Assembly: GCA_965248445.1 (NCBI GenBank)
Contig: CBDFJG010000004.1
Span: 832,001-896,000 of the forward strand
DNA: 64,000 nt
Reading direction: 5' to 3'
From: Planctomycetota bacterium
Lineage (GTDB): Bacteria > Planctomycetota > JAJSAM01 > JAJVHW01
Shown: in pieces, positions 1 through 9,873 of the stretch
Layout: every line of letters begins with the position of its first letter
Position numbering within the stretch: the first letter of the stretch is position 1
Notes under the pieces: model-generated
What the model saw: only the letters and a program-made list of their open reading frames with translations
The model's database searches: none
Told to the model about the DNA's origin: nothing
Program-made: the position numbers and the translations under genes

Positions 1-869
1 ACCCGCTGGTCGACCAGATGCGTCTCCGAGACCTCCTTGAACGTGCCGTCCGCGCGGCCGAAGTACAAGCGGTCCAACTGCGGCGTACGCCCTGGCGGAC
101 CGCAGTACACGTTGAAGCCGCGCCACTTGCAATAGCGCGCCGGCTGCCCGGCGTGCGAGCCCCCGGGCTCGTGCTCCCGGATCTGCTTCCACTGGTCGAT
201 GTAGTTCGCAACGTAGAGATCGTGGATGCCGTCGCCGTTCAGGTCGCCCCAGGCGCAGGCGGTGCTCATGTCCTCGTCGCCGCCGACGAGCCCGGCGGCC
301 TCGGCGATGTCCTCGAACGTGCCGTCGCCGTTGTTACGCAGGAAGTAGTTCTTGCCCCACGTCGCGACGAACACGTCCGCGTCACCGTCCGCGTCGTAGT
401 CGCACGCAGCGCCGCCGAACCCGAACGCCTGGATGTCGATCCCCGCCTCTTTCGTGACGTCGGTGAAACGCATCCCTCCGTCGTTGCGATAGAGCTTCGT
501 ACGCCAGTCGTCGTCGTACTCGAGCACGCCCTCGGACGTCAGCATGGTGCCGTCGACGATGAGCAGGTCCATGTCACCGTCGCGGTCGTAGTCCAGCGCG
601 ATCGTGCCGCCTCCCATACCGGAGACGATCCAGTCCTTCTGAGCCGGCTTGCCGGAGTGGTTCTCGGCGGTGATGCCCGAGGCTTCGGTGACGTCGATCC
701 AGGTCGGGAGATCCGGATCGGCGGGCGCCGGGGCGTCGCCGCCGTTCGATGCCGGGGGCGGTGCAACGCCGCCGTTGGGCGCGGCGCCCCCGTCGCCGCA
801 GGCGGTGAGCGCACCCGCGGCGACCAGAACCAGGACCGCGGTCGGACCGAGCGAGCGGGAATGCCTCAT
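1..869 (-). CDS. CRTAC1/ASPIC-UnbV-type FG-GAP repeat lipoprotein (runs off the left edge)
   Basis: Hand translation from ATG 869 gives MRHSRSLGPTAVLVLVAAGALTAC (lipobox) and repeated DYDRDGDMDL/DYDADGDADV/DLNGDGIHDL Ca-binding motifs. ATGA overlap with the upstream ORF. Confidence 0.85.
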   Translation of the reverse strand, partial: MRHSRSLGPTAVLVLVAAGALTACGDGGAAPNGGVAPPPASNGGDAPAPADPDLPTWIDVTEASGITAENHSGKPAQKDWIVSGMGGGTIALDYDRDGDMDLLIVDGTMLTSEGVLEYDDDWRTKLYRNDGGMRFTDVTKEAGIDIQAFGFGGAACDYDADGDADVFVATWGKNYFLRNNGDGTFEDIAEAAGLVGGDEDMSTACAWGDLNGDGIHDLYVANYIDQWKQIREHEPGGSHAGQPARYCKWRGFNVYCGPPGRTPQLDRLYFGRADGTFKEVSETHLVDQR

Positions 870-1066
870 GGGTGCTTCTTCCTGTCGTTCCAGAGCATGT
901 GGATCCGGCTGCCCAGATAGACGGCGGACGACACCAGCACGATGCCCATCCCGGTCGAATACAACGGCGAGCCTGCCGGCGCGGCGAGGAGCAGGGCGCC
1001 GCCGACGACGAGAAGCACCACGGCAAGCGTCAGGCCGGTGTTCCAGCGGACCTCGACCGGGGCCAT
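866..1066 (-). CDS. small two-TM membrane protein
   Basis: MAPVEVRWNTGLTLAVVLLVVGG...GMGIVLVSSAVYLG; its stop overlaps the next ATG. Confidence 0.6.
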   Translation of the reverse strand: MAPVEVRWNTGLTLAVVLLVVGGALLLAAPAGSPLYSTGMGIVLVSSAVYLGSRIHMLWNDRKKHP

Positions 1067-1182
1067 TCGGAGGACTCTACCGTGCACCGGATTGGACTGG
1101 TGCGACTCCTCCGATCTCGATCTACACTCCCCGCGGGTGGATCACGACGGGAGACGTTTCCTCCGCCCCGCTGGAGGGGTTC

Positions 1183-1593
1183 GTGACGGACCGCACACTC
1201 ACGTGCTGCGAGTGCAACACGGAGTTCGTCTTCACCGCGGCTGAACAGGAGTTCTTCAGGGAGCATGGGCTCACCAACGACCCGAAACGCTGCCTGGAGT
1301 GCCGGAAGCAACGACGCCGGAAGAGCCGAGCACGACCGCGCACCGCGCGCGAGGACGGCGACGACAAGCCAGCGCCCAAGCGGCGCGCCGCCGCCCGCGG
1401 CGGAACAGGTGGACGGACTGCCCCGCAACGGGAGCACCATGGCGACTCGGCCACCGAGCACGCGGGCGCAGACGACCGGCCCATGCACGAGACGTCCTGC
1501 TCGGACTGCGGGATCGCAACGAAAGTGCCGTTCGTGCCCGACGGGAAGCGCCCGGTGTTCTGCCTGCCCTGCCTCAAGAAGCAGACGCGCTGA
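1183..1593 (+). CDS. zinc-ribbon protein with C-terminal CxxC-x17-CxxC domain
   Basis: GTG after a GGAGGGG RBS; DRTLTCCECNTEFVFTAAEQEFF...PKRCLECR and CSDCGIATKVPFVPDGKRPVFCLPC. Confidence 0.85.
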   Translation: MTDRTLTCCECNTEFVFTAAEQEFFREHGLTNDPKRCLECRKQRRRKSRARPRTAREDGDDKPAPKRRAAARGGTGGRTAPQREHHGDSATEHAGADDRPMHETSCSDCGIATKVPFVPDGKRPVFCLPCLKKQTR

Positions 1594-1612
1594 GCAGACT
1601 GGCGGCGCGCGC

Positions 1613-3685
1613 TCAGCGCAAGCGCCGGGCGACTCCCGTGCCCTCGACGATCTCGTAGGTGCCGCCGGCCTCCAGTCGGCCGAAGCTCTCGCGAACCGGC
1701 GCCGCTCCCGCGCGCAGCGGCCAACGCACGGTCACGTCGGCGCCACCGGCGGCGCCGAGACCGATCGAGAGCCGCGGGTCCTCGGAGCATCCGAACGACG
1801 AGCCCAGCACGAGCGCGCGGTGGATCGTGCGGTCAGTGCTGCCGTCGACGACCCGCGCCTCGACGTGCGCGCCGGCCGCCTCGGTGCGGCCGTCCGCCCG
1901 GCGGAGCACGAGGCGCACCGCCGCGCCGGTGCCCCTTCCGTCGTTGCGCAGAAGCGCGGATGGCGCGTTCAACGCCGTCACGAACAGATCGGCGTGGCCG
2001 TCGTCGTCGAAGTCCGCCACCACCAGCCCGCGATGGGCGCGCCGGGTCAGCAGACCGCTCCCCGCCGCCGACGTCACGTCGTCGAACGTGCCGTCTCCCG
2101 CGTTGCGGAACAGCGCAAGGTGCTGCTTGAACGCGGTCTCGGGCACGGTCTGCCCGACATCGGGGTAGAGGTGACCATTCGCCACCAGGAGGTCCAGGTC
2201 ACCGTCACGGTCCGCATCGCTGAACGCGACGCCCCAGCCGAGAGCGTGCAGGCTCGGTGCTGCCAGCCCCGCTCCGGAACTCGCATCCGCGTAGATAACC
2301 GATGCGCCGCCCGGACGTGCGCGGTACAGGACGTTCGGCTCATGGCTGAAGTTCGTCACGAAGAGGTCGAGGACGCCATCGCCGTCGGCGTCGCCCACCG
2401 CGACGCCCATGCAAGCTTGGTCCCGGCCGTCGCCACTCGTGGCGCACCCCGCGGACATCGCGTCGTTGCGGAAGTGCCCCGTGCCGTCGTTGATCAGGAG
2501 CAGGTTCGGGTGGCCGTCGGCCGCCACGAACACGTCCAGGTCGCCGTCGCCGTCGAGATCCGCCATGACGGGTTGGAACGAGTAACGACGATCGACCGGG
2601 AGCCGCTCTTCGGTCGCGTCCACGAACGTGCCGTCGCCACGGTTCAGGAACAGGCGGTCCGGTTGGGCAACCAGCGGCTGTGGACCGCAGGGAACGGCCA
2701 TGTCGCGCCACGTGCAGCCCCGACCCGCGGAGGTCTCCGACATGAAGCGCCGCATGTCGGCGTAGTTCGAGACGTAGATGTCGAGGTCGCCGTCGCCGTC
2801 CACGTCGCCGACCGACGCTCCTGTGCTCCACTCGTCCTCGTCCCCTCCGACTCCGGCTGCGGGGGTGGCGTCCGCGAAGCGCCCGCCGCCGAGGTTCCAG
2901 AACATGCGGTTGCCGCCCCAGCACGCCACGAACAGGTCGGGCCGCCCGTCCGCGTTGAAGTCCGCTGCCACGGCGCCGACGGCCCATCCGTCACGCTGAA
3001 TTCCCGACTGCGCGCTCACGTCCGTGAATCGCATGCCGCCTTCGTTCCTGAACAGCCGCGACGGGCTCAACACGCTCTCCGCCCTGTCGATGCGGTTGCC
3101 GTCGGGGACGAAGAGATCGAGATCGCCGTCCCCGTCCATGTCGAAAACGGCCGCGCCGTGGCCGACGACCTCGACCATCCAGTCGCTGGCCTGAGCCCCT
3201 TCCGGGATGCGCACCGTGGCGATGCCACTGTCGGCGGTGACGTCCGTGAAGCGCGGTCCCGTCCAGTCGTCGCACGGCGGCGGCGCCAGCGGATACGGGG
3301 TCTCTACGGTTCCACCGGCCGGCGGCCCGACCGGCGACGCGCCCGACGGGCGCAGCGTCCAGGCCAGCACGGCGGCGCCGACCAGCAGCACGGCGGCGGC
3401 GGCGATCCGCGGGAGGACGCGCACGCCCCCGCTGCGTGCCGGCAGCGAGGCGACGACGCGTGCAGCGATCTGGGCGTCGGTGGCCGCGTCCGGCGGCGGC
3501 ACGTACGCCCGCGACACGGCGCCGCTCGCCGCGCGCAGTTCGGCGCAGAGCCGCGCCACCTCGGCGTCGGTGTCGAGCAGGCGCGCGAACTCAGCCGCCT
3601 CGTCGGCGCCGATCCCGACGTCCGCGGCGGGAACGCTCCAGCCGACGGTCAGGTCGATGATCTCGGACATCCGCTCGCGCGTCAC
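1613..3685 (-). CDS. putative anti-sigma factor fused to a CRTAC1/FG-GAP (ASPIC-UnbV) extracytoplasmic domain
   Basis: GTGA-coupled to the ECF sigma stop. Helical N-terminus, a TM helix (IAAAAVLLVGAAVLAW), multiple DxDGDGDLD repeats and an ASPIC-like C-terminus. Confidence 0.8.
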   Translation of the reverse strand: MTRERMSEIIDLTVGWSVPAADVGIGADEAAEFARLLDTDAEVARLCAELRAASGAVSRAYVPPPDAATDAQIAARVVASLPARSGGVRVLPRIAAAAVLLVGAAVLAWTLRPSGASPVGPPAGGTVETPYPLAPPPCDDWTGPRFTDVTADSGIATVRIPEGAQASDWMVEVVGHGAAVFDMDGDGDLDLFVPDGNRIDRAESVLSPSRLFRNEGGMRFTDVSAQSGIQRDGWAVGAVAADFNADGRPDLFVACWGGNRMFWNLGGGRFADATPAAGVGGDEDEWSTGASVGDVDGDGDLDIYVSNYADMRRFMSETSAGRGCTWRDMAVPCGPQPLVAQPDRLFLNRGDGTFVDATEERLPVDRRYSFQPVMADLDGDGDLDVFVAADGHPNLLLINDGTGHFRNDAMSAGCATSGDGRDQACMGVAVGDADGDGVLDLFVTNFSHEPNVLYRARPGGASVIYADASSGAGLAAPSLHALGWGVAFSDADRDGDLDLLVANGHLYPDVGQTVPETAFKQHLALFRNAGDGTFDDVTSAAGSGLLTRRAHRGLVVADFDDDGHADLFVTALNAPSALLRNDGRGTGAAVRLVLRRADGRTEAAGAHVEARVVDGSTDRTIHRALVLGSSFGCSEDPRLSIGLGAAGGADVTVRWPLRAGAAPVRESFGRLEAGGTYEIVEGTGVARRLR

Positions 3686-4248
3686 CGCCGGTCTCCCGTC
3701 GCCGTGGTCAGATCCGCACGCAGCGTACGCAGCGCACGCGTGATCCGCATCGACACCGCGGGAGACTTCATCCCGAGCCTCCGCGCCACCTCCGTCACCG
3801 GGAGCTCCTCGGAGAAGCGCAGTGCGAGGATCGCCTGCGTCGTCTCGTCCAACTGAGCGATCACGCGCTGCACGCGCGCCGTCTCGTCGGCCAGTTCGGT
3901 GGGGTCGCCCGTCGATGCGGCCACGGGCTCCGGAGACAGCTCGATCGGCTGGGTCCGCCGCGGCTTGGCCCGGCGGACCATCTCGCGGCCGCGGTTGACG
4001 GCGATGCGGGACAGCCACCCGGCAAAGCGCTCCGGCTCCGACAGGCTGTCCAGGCGGCGGTACGCGGTCAGGAACACGTCCTGGACGGCGTCCTCCGCGT
4101 CGTGCCCCCACCCGACGCACGGCGCCACCAGGGCGCGCACGACCCGCGTGTACTTCGTCACCAGCACTCCGAACGCCTCCCGATCGCCGCCTCTCGCGAG
4201 GAGGACGAGGCGCCGGTCGTCAGCAATCTGTTCCCGTCTCGACTTCAA
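3682..4248 (-). CDS. ECF RNA polymerase sigma factor
   Basis: GDREAFGVLV, DAEDAVQDVFLTAY, FAGWLSRIAVN, and a region-4 HTH EVARRLG...VSMRITRA. Confidence 0.92.
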   Translation of the reverse strand: MKSRREQIADDRRLVLLARGGDREAFGVLVTKYTRVVRALVAPCVGWGHDAEDAVQDVFLTAYRRLDSLSEPERFAGWLSRIAVNRGREMVRRAKPRRTQPIELSPEPVAASTGDPTELADETARVQRVIAQLDETTQAILALRFSEELPVTEVARRLGMKSPAVSMRITRALRTLRADLTTATGDRR

Positions 4249-4377
4249 CGGCCGCTCCGGGCCCCGTCCGGTGAGGAAGATGCCTCAGCGGGCGGGACGC
4301 AACAACGAGGGTACGGGCGACCTTCCTTCGGGCTTCCTTGCCTCCGTCGGGCTCGCAGGCGGCATCCTGACACCCGC

Positions 4378-5565
4378 GTGAAGGTCCTCTACCTCTCTAC
4401 CCACCCCCACCTCCGGACGGATGCCCCTTCGGGGTACGCCACGCACATGCGCGAGACGATCCGCGCGCTCCGAGGGACCGGCTGCACGGTCGTGCCGTGC
4501 GTCGTGGGCGACCAGGGGCCGCCGCCGGAGGGGAGTGCGGCGACGGCCGGCGGACTGCGGGGACTCGCGCGCGAGGTGACCCCGCGATACGTGTGGCAGG
4601 GTCTGCGGGACCTCGCGCTGCTGCGCCGCGACCATCGCACCGAAGACGACGTCGCCAAGACGATCGAGCGAGAGCGGCCGGACGCCATCTATGAGCGGGC
4701 GGCCTACCTGTGCGCGTCCGGTGTCCGCGCGGCTGCCGCGGCCCACGTGCCCCTGGTGCTCGAGGTCAACGCGCCGTACGTGGAAGAGCGCCGCCGGCTG
4801 CATGGCCGCGGGCTGCTCGACGGCCGCGGCCCCGGGTGGGAGCGCGAGGTGCTGCACGGTGCGTCGCTCGTGGTGACGGTCTCGACCGCGCTGGCCGACC
4901 GCCTGCAAGACACGTCGGGGATCGGCTCGGACAAGATCCGCGTGCTGCCGAACGCGGTGGACGGATCGAAGTTCAACACCGACGTCCCGGCGAACCGTAC
5001 GGATCTCGGCTTCGCGGAGGACGACTTCGTGATCGGGTTCGTCGGCACGTTCTTTCGCTGGCACCGGCTCGAGACTCTCGTGCAAGCTGTTGCCGCACTC
5101 CGGGAGCGCGGAATACCGGCACGCGCACTCCTGATCGGCGACGGCGACGCGCGGACTGATCTGGAGAGGGCCGCCGTCGATGCGGGTGTCGAGTCCGCGG
5201 TCACGTTCACCGGATCGCTCGTGGCCGACGCCGTGCCCGGGCACTTGCAGGCCGCAGACGTGTGCGTCGTTCCGGGGCACGCTTGGTACTGCTCGCCGAT
5301 CAAGCTGTTCGAGTACGCGGGTCTCGGGAAGGCAGTGGTCGCACTCGACACTGCGCCGGTCCGCGAGGTCACCGGCGACGGCGCGGACGTCGTGCTACTG
5401 GACGGCGATTCCGACTCTCTGACGCGCGCGCTGGCCGACTTGCACGCGGATCCCGCGCGGCGAGCGCAGCTGGCGGCGTCCCTCCGCGAACGTGTGCTCT
5501 CGAATCACACGTGGGCACGGACCGGCGAGAAGATCGCCGGCTGGCTGCGCGAACTGCGTTCGTAG
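4378..5565 (+). CDS. glycosyltransferase family 4
   Basis: VIGFVGTF, SPIKLFEYAGLGKAVV, HTW C-terminal motif. Confidence 0.9.
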   Translation: MKVLYLSTHPHLRTDAPSGYATHMRETIRALRGTGCTVVPCVVGDQGPPPEGSAATAGGLRGLAREVTPRYVWQGLRDLALLRRDHRTEDDVAKTIERERPDAIYERAAYLCASGVRAAAAAHVPLVLEVNAPYVEERRRLHGRGLLDGRGPGWEREVLHGASLVVTVSTALADRLQDTSGIGSDKIRVLPNAVDGSKFNTDVPANRTDLGFAEDDFVIGFVGTFFRWHRLETLVQAVAALRERGIPARALLIGDGDARTDLERAAVDAGVESAVTFTGSLVADAVPGHLQAADVCVVPGHAWYCSPIKLFEYAGLGKAVVALDTAPVREVTGDGADVVLLDGDSDSLTRALADLHADPARRAQLAASLRERVLSNHTWARTGEKIAGWLRELRS

Positions 5566-5642
5566 GCGCGCCGGCGTCCCCCGTTGCGGGGAGACTCGTT
5601 GCAGGAAGAGTCTGGGCGCATCTTGCTCGAGGAGGCCGCACC

Positions 5643-6485
5643 ATGCCCGTCGCACGCGTCCCGGACGGACTGGACATCTACTACGAGGAGCACGGCAAGG
5701 GCGAACCCGTAATCCTGCTCATGGGAACGGGCGCAGACCACTCGATGTGGCACGCGCAGGTTGGTCCCTACTCCGAGCGCCACCGCACCATCGTGATCGA
5801 CTCCCGCGGCACGGGGCGCAGCACCCGCCCCGCCGATCCTTCCACGTGCACTGCCGCCGCGATGGGACGTGACGCCCTCGGGGTGCTCGACCATCTGGGT
5901 ATCGAGCGCGCCCACGTGTCGGGCCTCTCGCTCGGCTCGGCGGTCGCACAGGAGATGGCGCTCGCCGCGCCCGAACGGGTCCTCTCGCTCTCGCTTCACG
6001 GGGCGTGGGCGCGCCCGAGCGAGTGGTTCCGCCGGGTCATCGACACGCTGGCCTACCCGGCCCGGCACGACGACGTCGCCACCTACCTGGACTTCGGGCT
6101 GATGTGGGTGCTGTCCCCCCGCTTCCTCGACGAGGAGCCGGAAGCGGTCAAGGAGATCGTGCGGACCTATCTCGTGGAGAACCCGTTTCCGCCGTCGGCC
6201 GAGGGCATTCTCGGACACACCCACGCGGACACACTCCACGACACGGCGGCGCGGCTGCCCTCACTTGACGTGCGGACGCTCGTGACCGCGGGCGAGATGG
6301 ACTGGATCACTCCCCCGCGGATGGGCAAGGAAGTCGCACGGCTGATCCCGGGCGCTCGCTACCACCTATTCCGCGGCGACTACGCAAGCCACTGCGCGTG
6401 CATCGAGATGGCGGAGGAGTGGAACCGCGTGACGCTGGCGTTCCTCGCCGGCGAGGATGCCGGAGAGGTGTTGGGAGACGGCTAG
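5643..6485 (+). CDS. alpha/beta hydrolase
   Basis: IYYEEHGKGEPVILL, DSRGTGRS, GLSLG nucleophile elbow, D and H triad candidates. Confidence 0.9.
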   Translation: MPVARVPDGLDIYYEEHGKGEPVILLMGTGADHSMWHAQVGPYSERHRTIVIDSRGTGRSTRPADPSTCTAAAMGRDALGVLDHLGIERAHVSGLSLGSAVAQEMALAAPERVLSLSLHGAWARPSEWFRRVIDTLAYPARHDDVATYLDFGLMWVLSPRFLDEEPEAVKEIVRTYLVENPFPPSAEGILGHTHADTLHDTAARLPSLDVRTLVTAGEMDWITPPRMGKEVARLIPGARYHLFRGDYASHCACIEMAEEWNRVTLAFLAGEDAGEVLGDG

Positions 6486-6559
6486 CGGCCCGCGGGCCGC
6501 TTACCGCGGGCGGGCGCGACGGCCGCTCCTGCAGGATTCACGCCTCCCGCGAGCGAGGA

Positions 6560-6690
6560 GCGGCGCGAGATCGCGCAGCGATCGGAGTGCCGCCCCGCAG
6601 TGAGCCCACCTCCGTAGTGGTCGGAGACCGCGTAGGAGGGAACATCTGACGGCGAAGCGGCGCGTGTATCGCGGCGCGATCCGCGTGCGG
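6560..6690 (+). repeat. long palindromic intergenic repeat, copy A (diverged 5' part)
   Basis: Core CCGTAGTGGTCGGAGACCGCGTAGGAGGGAAC is shared with copies at about 17.1, 19.9, 20.2 and 22.0 kb; lies between convergent genes. Confidence 0.75.
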
Positions 6691-6698
6691 CACAGCGG

Positions 6699-7658
6699 TC
6701 AGTAAGGACCGAGGACTGCCGGACCCTGTTCGTCGTCCGGAGCGTCGTCGGGGGCCTCGTCGCGGGCCTCGTCGCCGGCGCCGACCGGTGCGAGTTCGCC
6801 CTCGCCGATCGGGGGCGGGTCGACCTCCCACACCTCTTCCTCGAACGGAACGGTCTCGGTGGGCACGCGGGGCTCGATCTCGAGGGACGCCGGGTGCGTC
6901 GTGCTCTCCCGGAGGGCGTCGTCGCCGCGCTTCTCAGTCTCGTCGGCGCTGGCCATCGCGTGGAGCAGCAGGCTCTCGGTGTCGCGCGTGATCGTCCGCG
7001 GCCCGTCGGGCGGAAGCGGCTCGATCGTGAACGACCCCGACTCGAGTCCGAGCGCCTGGATCGCGGCGGGCTCGCCCACGCGCGTCTCGTCCTCGGTGCT
7101 GATCTCCCCATGCACGACCCGGCCGTGCTCCATGTCGAGGAACGCCTGAACTCCATCCGCGCGGATGCGCAGACGGCACGTGCGACGGCTGTGGTGCAAC
7201 GCCTGCGTGAGCGACGTTCCGCCGAGGTCCGACAGGTCGCCGGTCGTGCTCGGTGCCTCGTCATCCGTCTCGAAGCGGCGCACGACAGCGCGCACCCGTG
7301 CCAGGAACTCGTCCAGGTCGAAGGGACGCGCGAGGAACTCGTCCACGCCGGCGTCGAGTGCGCGGGCGCGCTCACGGGCCGTGACGAACCCGGACACCAG
7401 GATGATGGGGACGTCCGGCGCGATCGGAGGCCTGCCTCCCTCGCCCAGCCGGGCGGCCGCGAAGAACCCGAAACCGCCGAGGCGCGGCATGCGCACGTCG
7501 GTGATCGCGAGGTCCACGTGCTGGCCGCGCAGGATCGCGAGCCCGTCCTCGCCGTCGCTCGCCTCGATGATCCGGCACCCCTCCCGCTTGAGGGGCCGCG
7601 CCATCTGTAGGCGCGTCCTCGAGTCGTCGTCCAGCAGCAGGACTGTGAGGCCTTTCAT
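6699..7658 (-). CDS. response regulator: receiver + DUF4388 (PATAN-like) + acidic tail
   Basis: LLLDDD, ITDVRMP, GDLSDLGGTSLTQALHHSRRTCRL; D/E/P-rich C-terminus. Confidence 0.85.
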   Translation of the reverse strand: MKGLTVLLLDDDSRTRLQMARPLKREGCRIIEASDGEDGLAILRGQHVDLAITDVRMPRLGGFGFFAAARLGEGGRPPIAPDVPIILVSGFVTARERARALDAGVDEFLARPFDLDEFLARVRAVVRRFETDDEAPSTTGDLSDLGGTSLTQALHHSRRTCRLRIRADGVQAFLDMEHGRVVHGEISTEDETRVGEPAAIQALGLESGSFTIEPLPPDGPRTITRDTESLLLHAMASADETEKRGDDALRESTTHPASLEIEPRVPTETVPFEEEVWEVDPPPIGEGELAPVGAGDEARDEAPDDAPDDEQGPAVLGPY

Positions 7659-7782
7659 TCCGAAACGCTCATCGGGAGACTCAGGCTCCGGCCTTAGCAA
7701 GAAGCGCCAGGCTCGGCCGCGCACGCTCGGAACGGGGTTTCCGTGGGCGCCTGCCGCGCACGGCCGAACATGCCCGCCGACC

Positions 7783-8496
7783 ATGGGCAGACGCACGATC
7801 GACTGGACAGCCGCGGCCGTGATGGCGGCGACCGTGGCGGCGGTCGTCCTGCTCTGGGACACCCCGGTCGTCTACCCGCTCAAACTGCTGGTCGTGTTCC
7901 TGCACGAGATCAGCCACGGCCTCGCGGCCGTGCTCACTGGCGGACGGATCATCGAGATCCAGTTGCAGACCGGGGAGGCGGGCCACACCGCAACCGCGGG
8001 GGGCAACGCATTCGCGATCTACTCGGCCGGGTACGTAGGCAGCCTGCTGTTCGGAGCGCTGTTACTGGTGTGGGCGGCCCGCACGAACGCCGAGCGATTC
8101 GGGTCTGCAGCGCTCGGCGCGTTGCTCTTCGTCGTCACCATCCGGTTCGTGCCCATGGCGGACAACTGGTTTGGCAAGGTGTTCGGGGCGGCCACCGGGC
8201 TGTTGCTCGTGAGCCTCGCCTTCGTGCCGCGCGGGTGGGCCGCACTGGGACTGCGAATAGTCGGTGTGACGTCGTGCCTCTACGCGGTGATCGACATCAA
8301 GAGCGACGTGCTCGACCGTCCGGGCGCCGACTCCGACGCGGCACGGCTGGCGGAGATCACGCATGTGCCGGCGCTCGTGTGGGGCACCGTTTGGATCGTC
8401 GTGTCGCTCGCCGTGGCGGGCGCCGCGCTCATGGTGTCGGTCACCGAGCGTAAGAGCAGCGGTGTAGCATCACAGTCCGGCACGTTGGATGGTTAG
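7783..8496 (+). CDS. M50B-type membrane metallopeptidase
   Basis: YPLKLLVVFLHEISHGLAA (HExxH), SAGYVGS, SDAARLAE. Confidence 0.88.
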   Translation: MGRRTIDWTAAAVMAATVAAVVLLWDTPVVYPLKLLVVFLHEISHGLAAVLTGGRIIEIQLQTGEAGHTATAGGNAFAIYSAGYVGSLLFGALLLVWAARTNAERFGSAALGALLFVVTIRFVPMADNWFGKVFGAATGLLLVSLAFVPRGWAALGLRIVGVTSCLYAVIDIKSDVLDRPGADSDAARLAEITHVPALVWGTVWIVVSLAVAGAALMVSVTERKSSGVASQSGTLDG

Positions 8497-8875
8497 GAGC
8501 CTGTCTGCGTAACGCCGCGAGCCACGATTGGCAGAGGCCGGATGCCCGCAAGGAGGACCAAGGATGAGTGAGCACGGGTGCTGCGCAGCGGCGCGAGGAG
8601 CGTCCAGCGGACGGTCCGAGACGCGCGAACGCGGAGCGGAGGCTCAAGGCCGTAGTGGAGGGATCCATCGATCTGCTGACGCGGTCCGACGCAGCGGGGG
8701 CCGGCCTCTGCCAACCCCTCGCGGGGCCCACGGTAGACACTCGGGGCGCTGCGACGGTGGCCGTCTGCGGCGTTGGACCTCCTCGACAACCCACCAGGGG
8801 TGCCTTCATCGGTCCGCCTTGCATCCGGGCCACCGGCGCAGCGTCGTGGCCGCGCGGGTTACTCAGACCGGCTCC
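8496..8875. mobile_element. MITE-like non-autonomous element (380 bp)
   Basis: Imperfect TIRs GGAGCCTGTCTGCGTAACGCCGCGAGCCACGA and TCGTGGCCGCGCGGGTTACTCAGACCGGCTCC, flanked by TA on both sides; no transposase. Confidence 0.75.
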
Positions 8876-8886
8876 TAGGAGAGCGA

Positions 8887-9870
8887 TTGCAGGTTCGCGT
8901 CGAACTATCACACAGCGGTGAGTTGATCATCGTCGAGGGCGCGGAGTTCACGCTCGGCCGGGTGCGCGAGTGCGCGATCAAAGTCACCCATCCGCTCGTC
9001 TCGCGACGGCATTGCAAGTTCGAGGTCGACGATCGGGGCATGACCGTGATCGATCTCGGTTCGAGCAACGGCACGTACGTCGGTGATGAGCGCGTGGAAC
9101 GGCATCGCCTGCGAGCAGGCGAGGGAGTGCGCATCGGGCTCGGCGGGCCCGAACTCATCGTCGTGCGCGTGACCGTGGACGGCACCGACGTGATCGCAAT
9201 GGACCCCGAGGAGAACCGCGCGACGTACATCACCGGAATGTCCTCTGTGATCGGGGGCCCGGCGACCATCGAGGTGGCGCTTCCCGGCTCGGTGAGCGCG
9301 GCGGCCACGGGCTCCGCCTCGCTCTCGGCGGGCGCCATGGCCTCCACCGTCGTGCTGAAGCTGCGCAACGAGACTCTGACGGTGCAGCGCAACTCGGTCG
9401 TCCTCGGCCGCGACGACGATTGCGACATCGTGCTGGCGCACGCCACCGTCTCCCGCCGTCACTGCGAGATCGTCGTGCGACGAAGTGGCGCGATCGTGCG
9501 CGACCTGGGCTCTCGCGGCGGAACATGGGTCGAGGGACGGAAGGTGAAAGGGGATGTCCCCCTCACGGTCGGCGACGTGATCCGGCTCGGTCGCGACGGC
9601 CCGGAGCTCACGCTGGTGAGCGCCGTGGCCGGCGGCGCGGCGCTGCCGTCCACGACACCACCGGTCCAGCCAGGAGGATCTCCGCTCGTGTCCACCGGGC
9701 GCCCCGGCGGCACGGTCATCGTCGAGCGAGGCCGAGCCGAACCGCTCCCACAGCGCCCGTTCTCGGCGCCGCGTCCCGCCGGATCCGAGCGTGGCTGCCG
9801 GAACCGCGCGGCGGCGCTGCTGGTACTGGCGCTGGCGGTGCTGGCCACCGCGTGCGCGACACTGCTCTGA
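8887..9870 (+). CDS. tandem FHA-domain protein with C-terminal hydrophobic anchor
   Basis: Two GR...VSRRHC...DLGS(SN/RG)GT FHA motifs; TTG start after AGGAGAG; C-terminal AAALLVLALAVLATACATLL. Confidence 0.85.
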   Translation: MQVRVELSHSGELIIVEGAEFTLGRVRECAIKVTHPLVSRRHCKFEVDDRGMTVIDLGSSNGTYVGDERVERHRLRAGEGVRIGLGGPELIVVRVTVDGTDVIAMDPEENRATYITGMSSVIGGPATIEVALPGSVSAAATGSASLSAGAMASTVVLKLRNETLTVQRNSVVLGRDDDCDIVLAHATVSRRHCEIVVRRSGAIVRDLGSRGGTWVEGRKVKGDVPLTVGDVIRLGRDGPELTLVSAVAGGAALPSTTPPVQPGGSPLVSTGRPGGTVIVERGRAEPLPQRPFSAPRPAGSERGCRNRAAALLVLALAVLATACATLL

Positions 9871-9873
9871 GCG

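Noticed and set aside
1265..3856. Long antisense/alternate-frame ORFs (e.g. 1265-3856, 21400-23598, 25992-28256, 33963-36458)
   Set aside because: These are typical high-GC shadow ORFs over well-supported genes, with no motifs.
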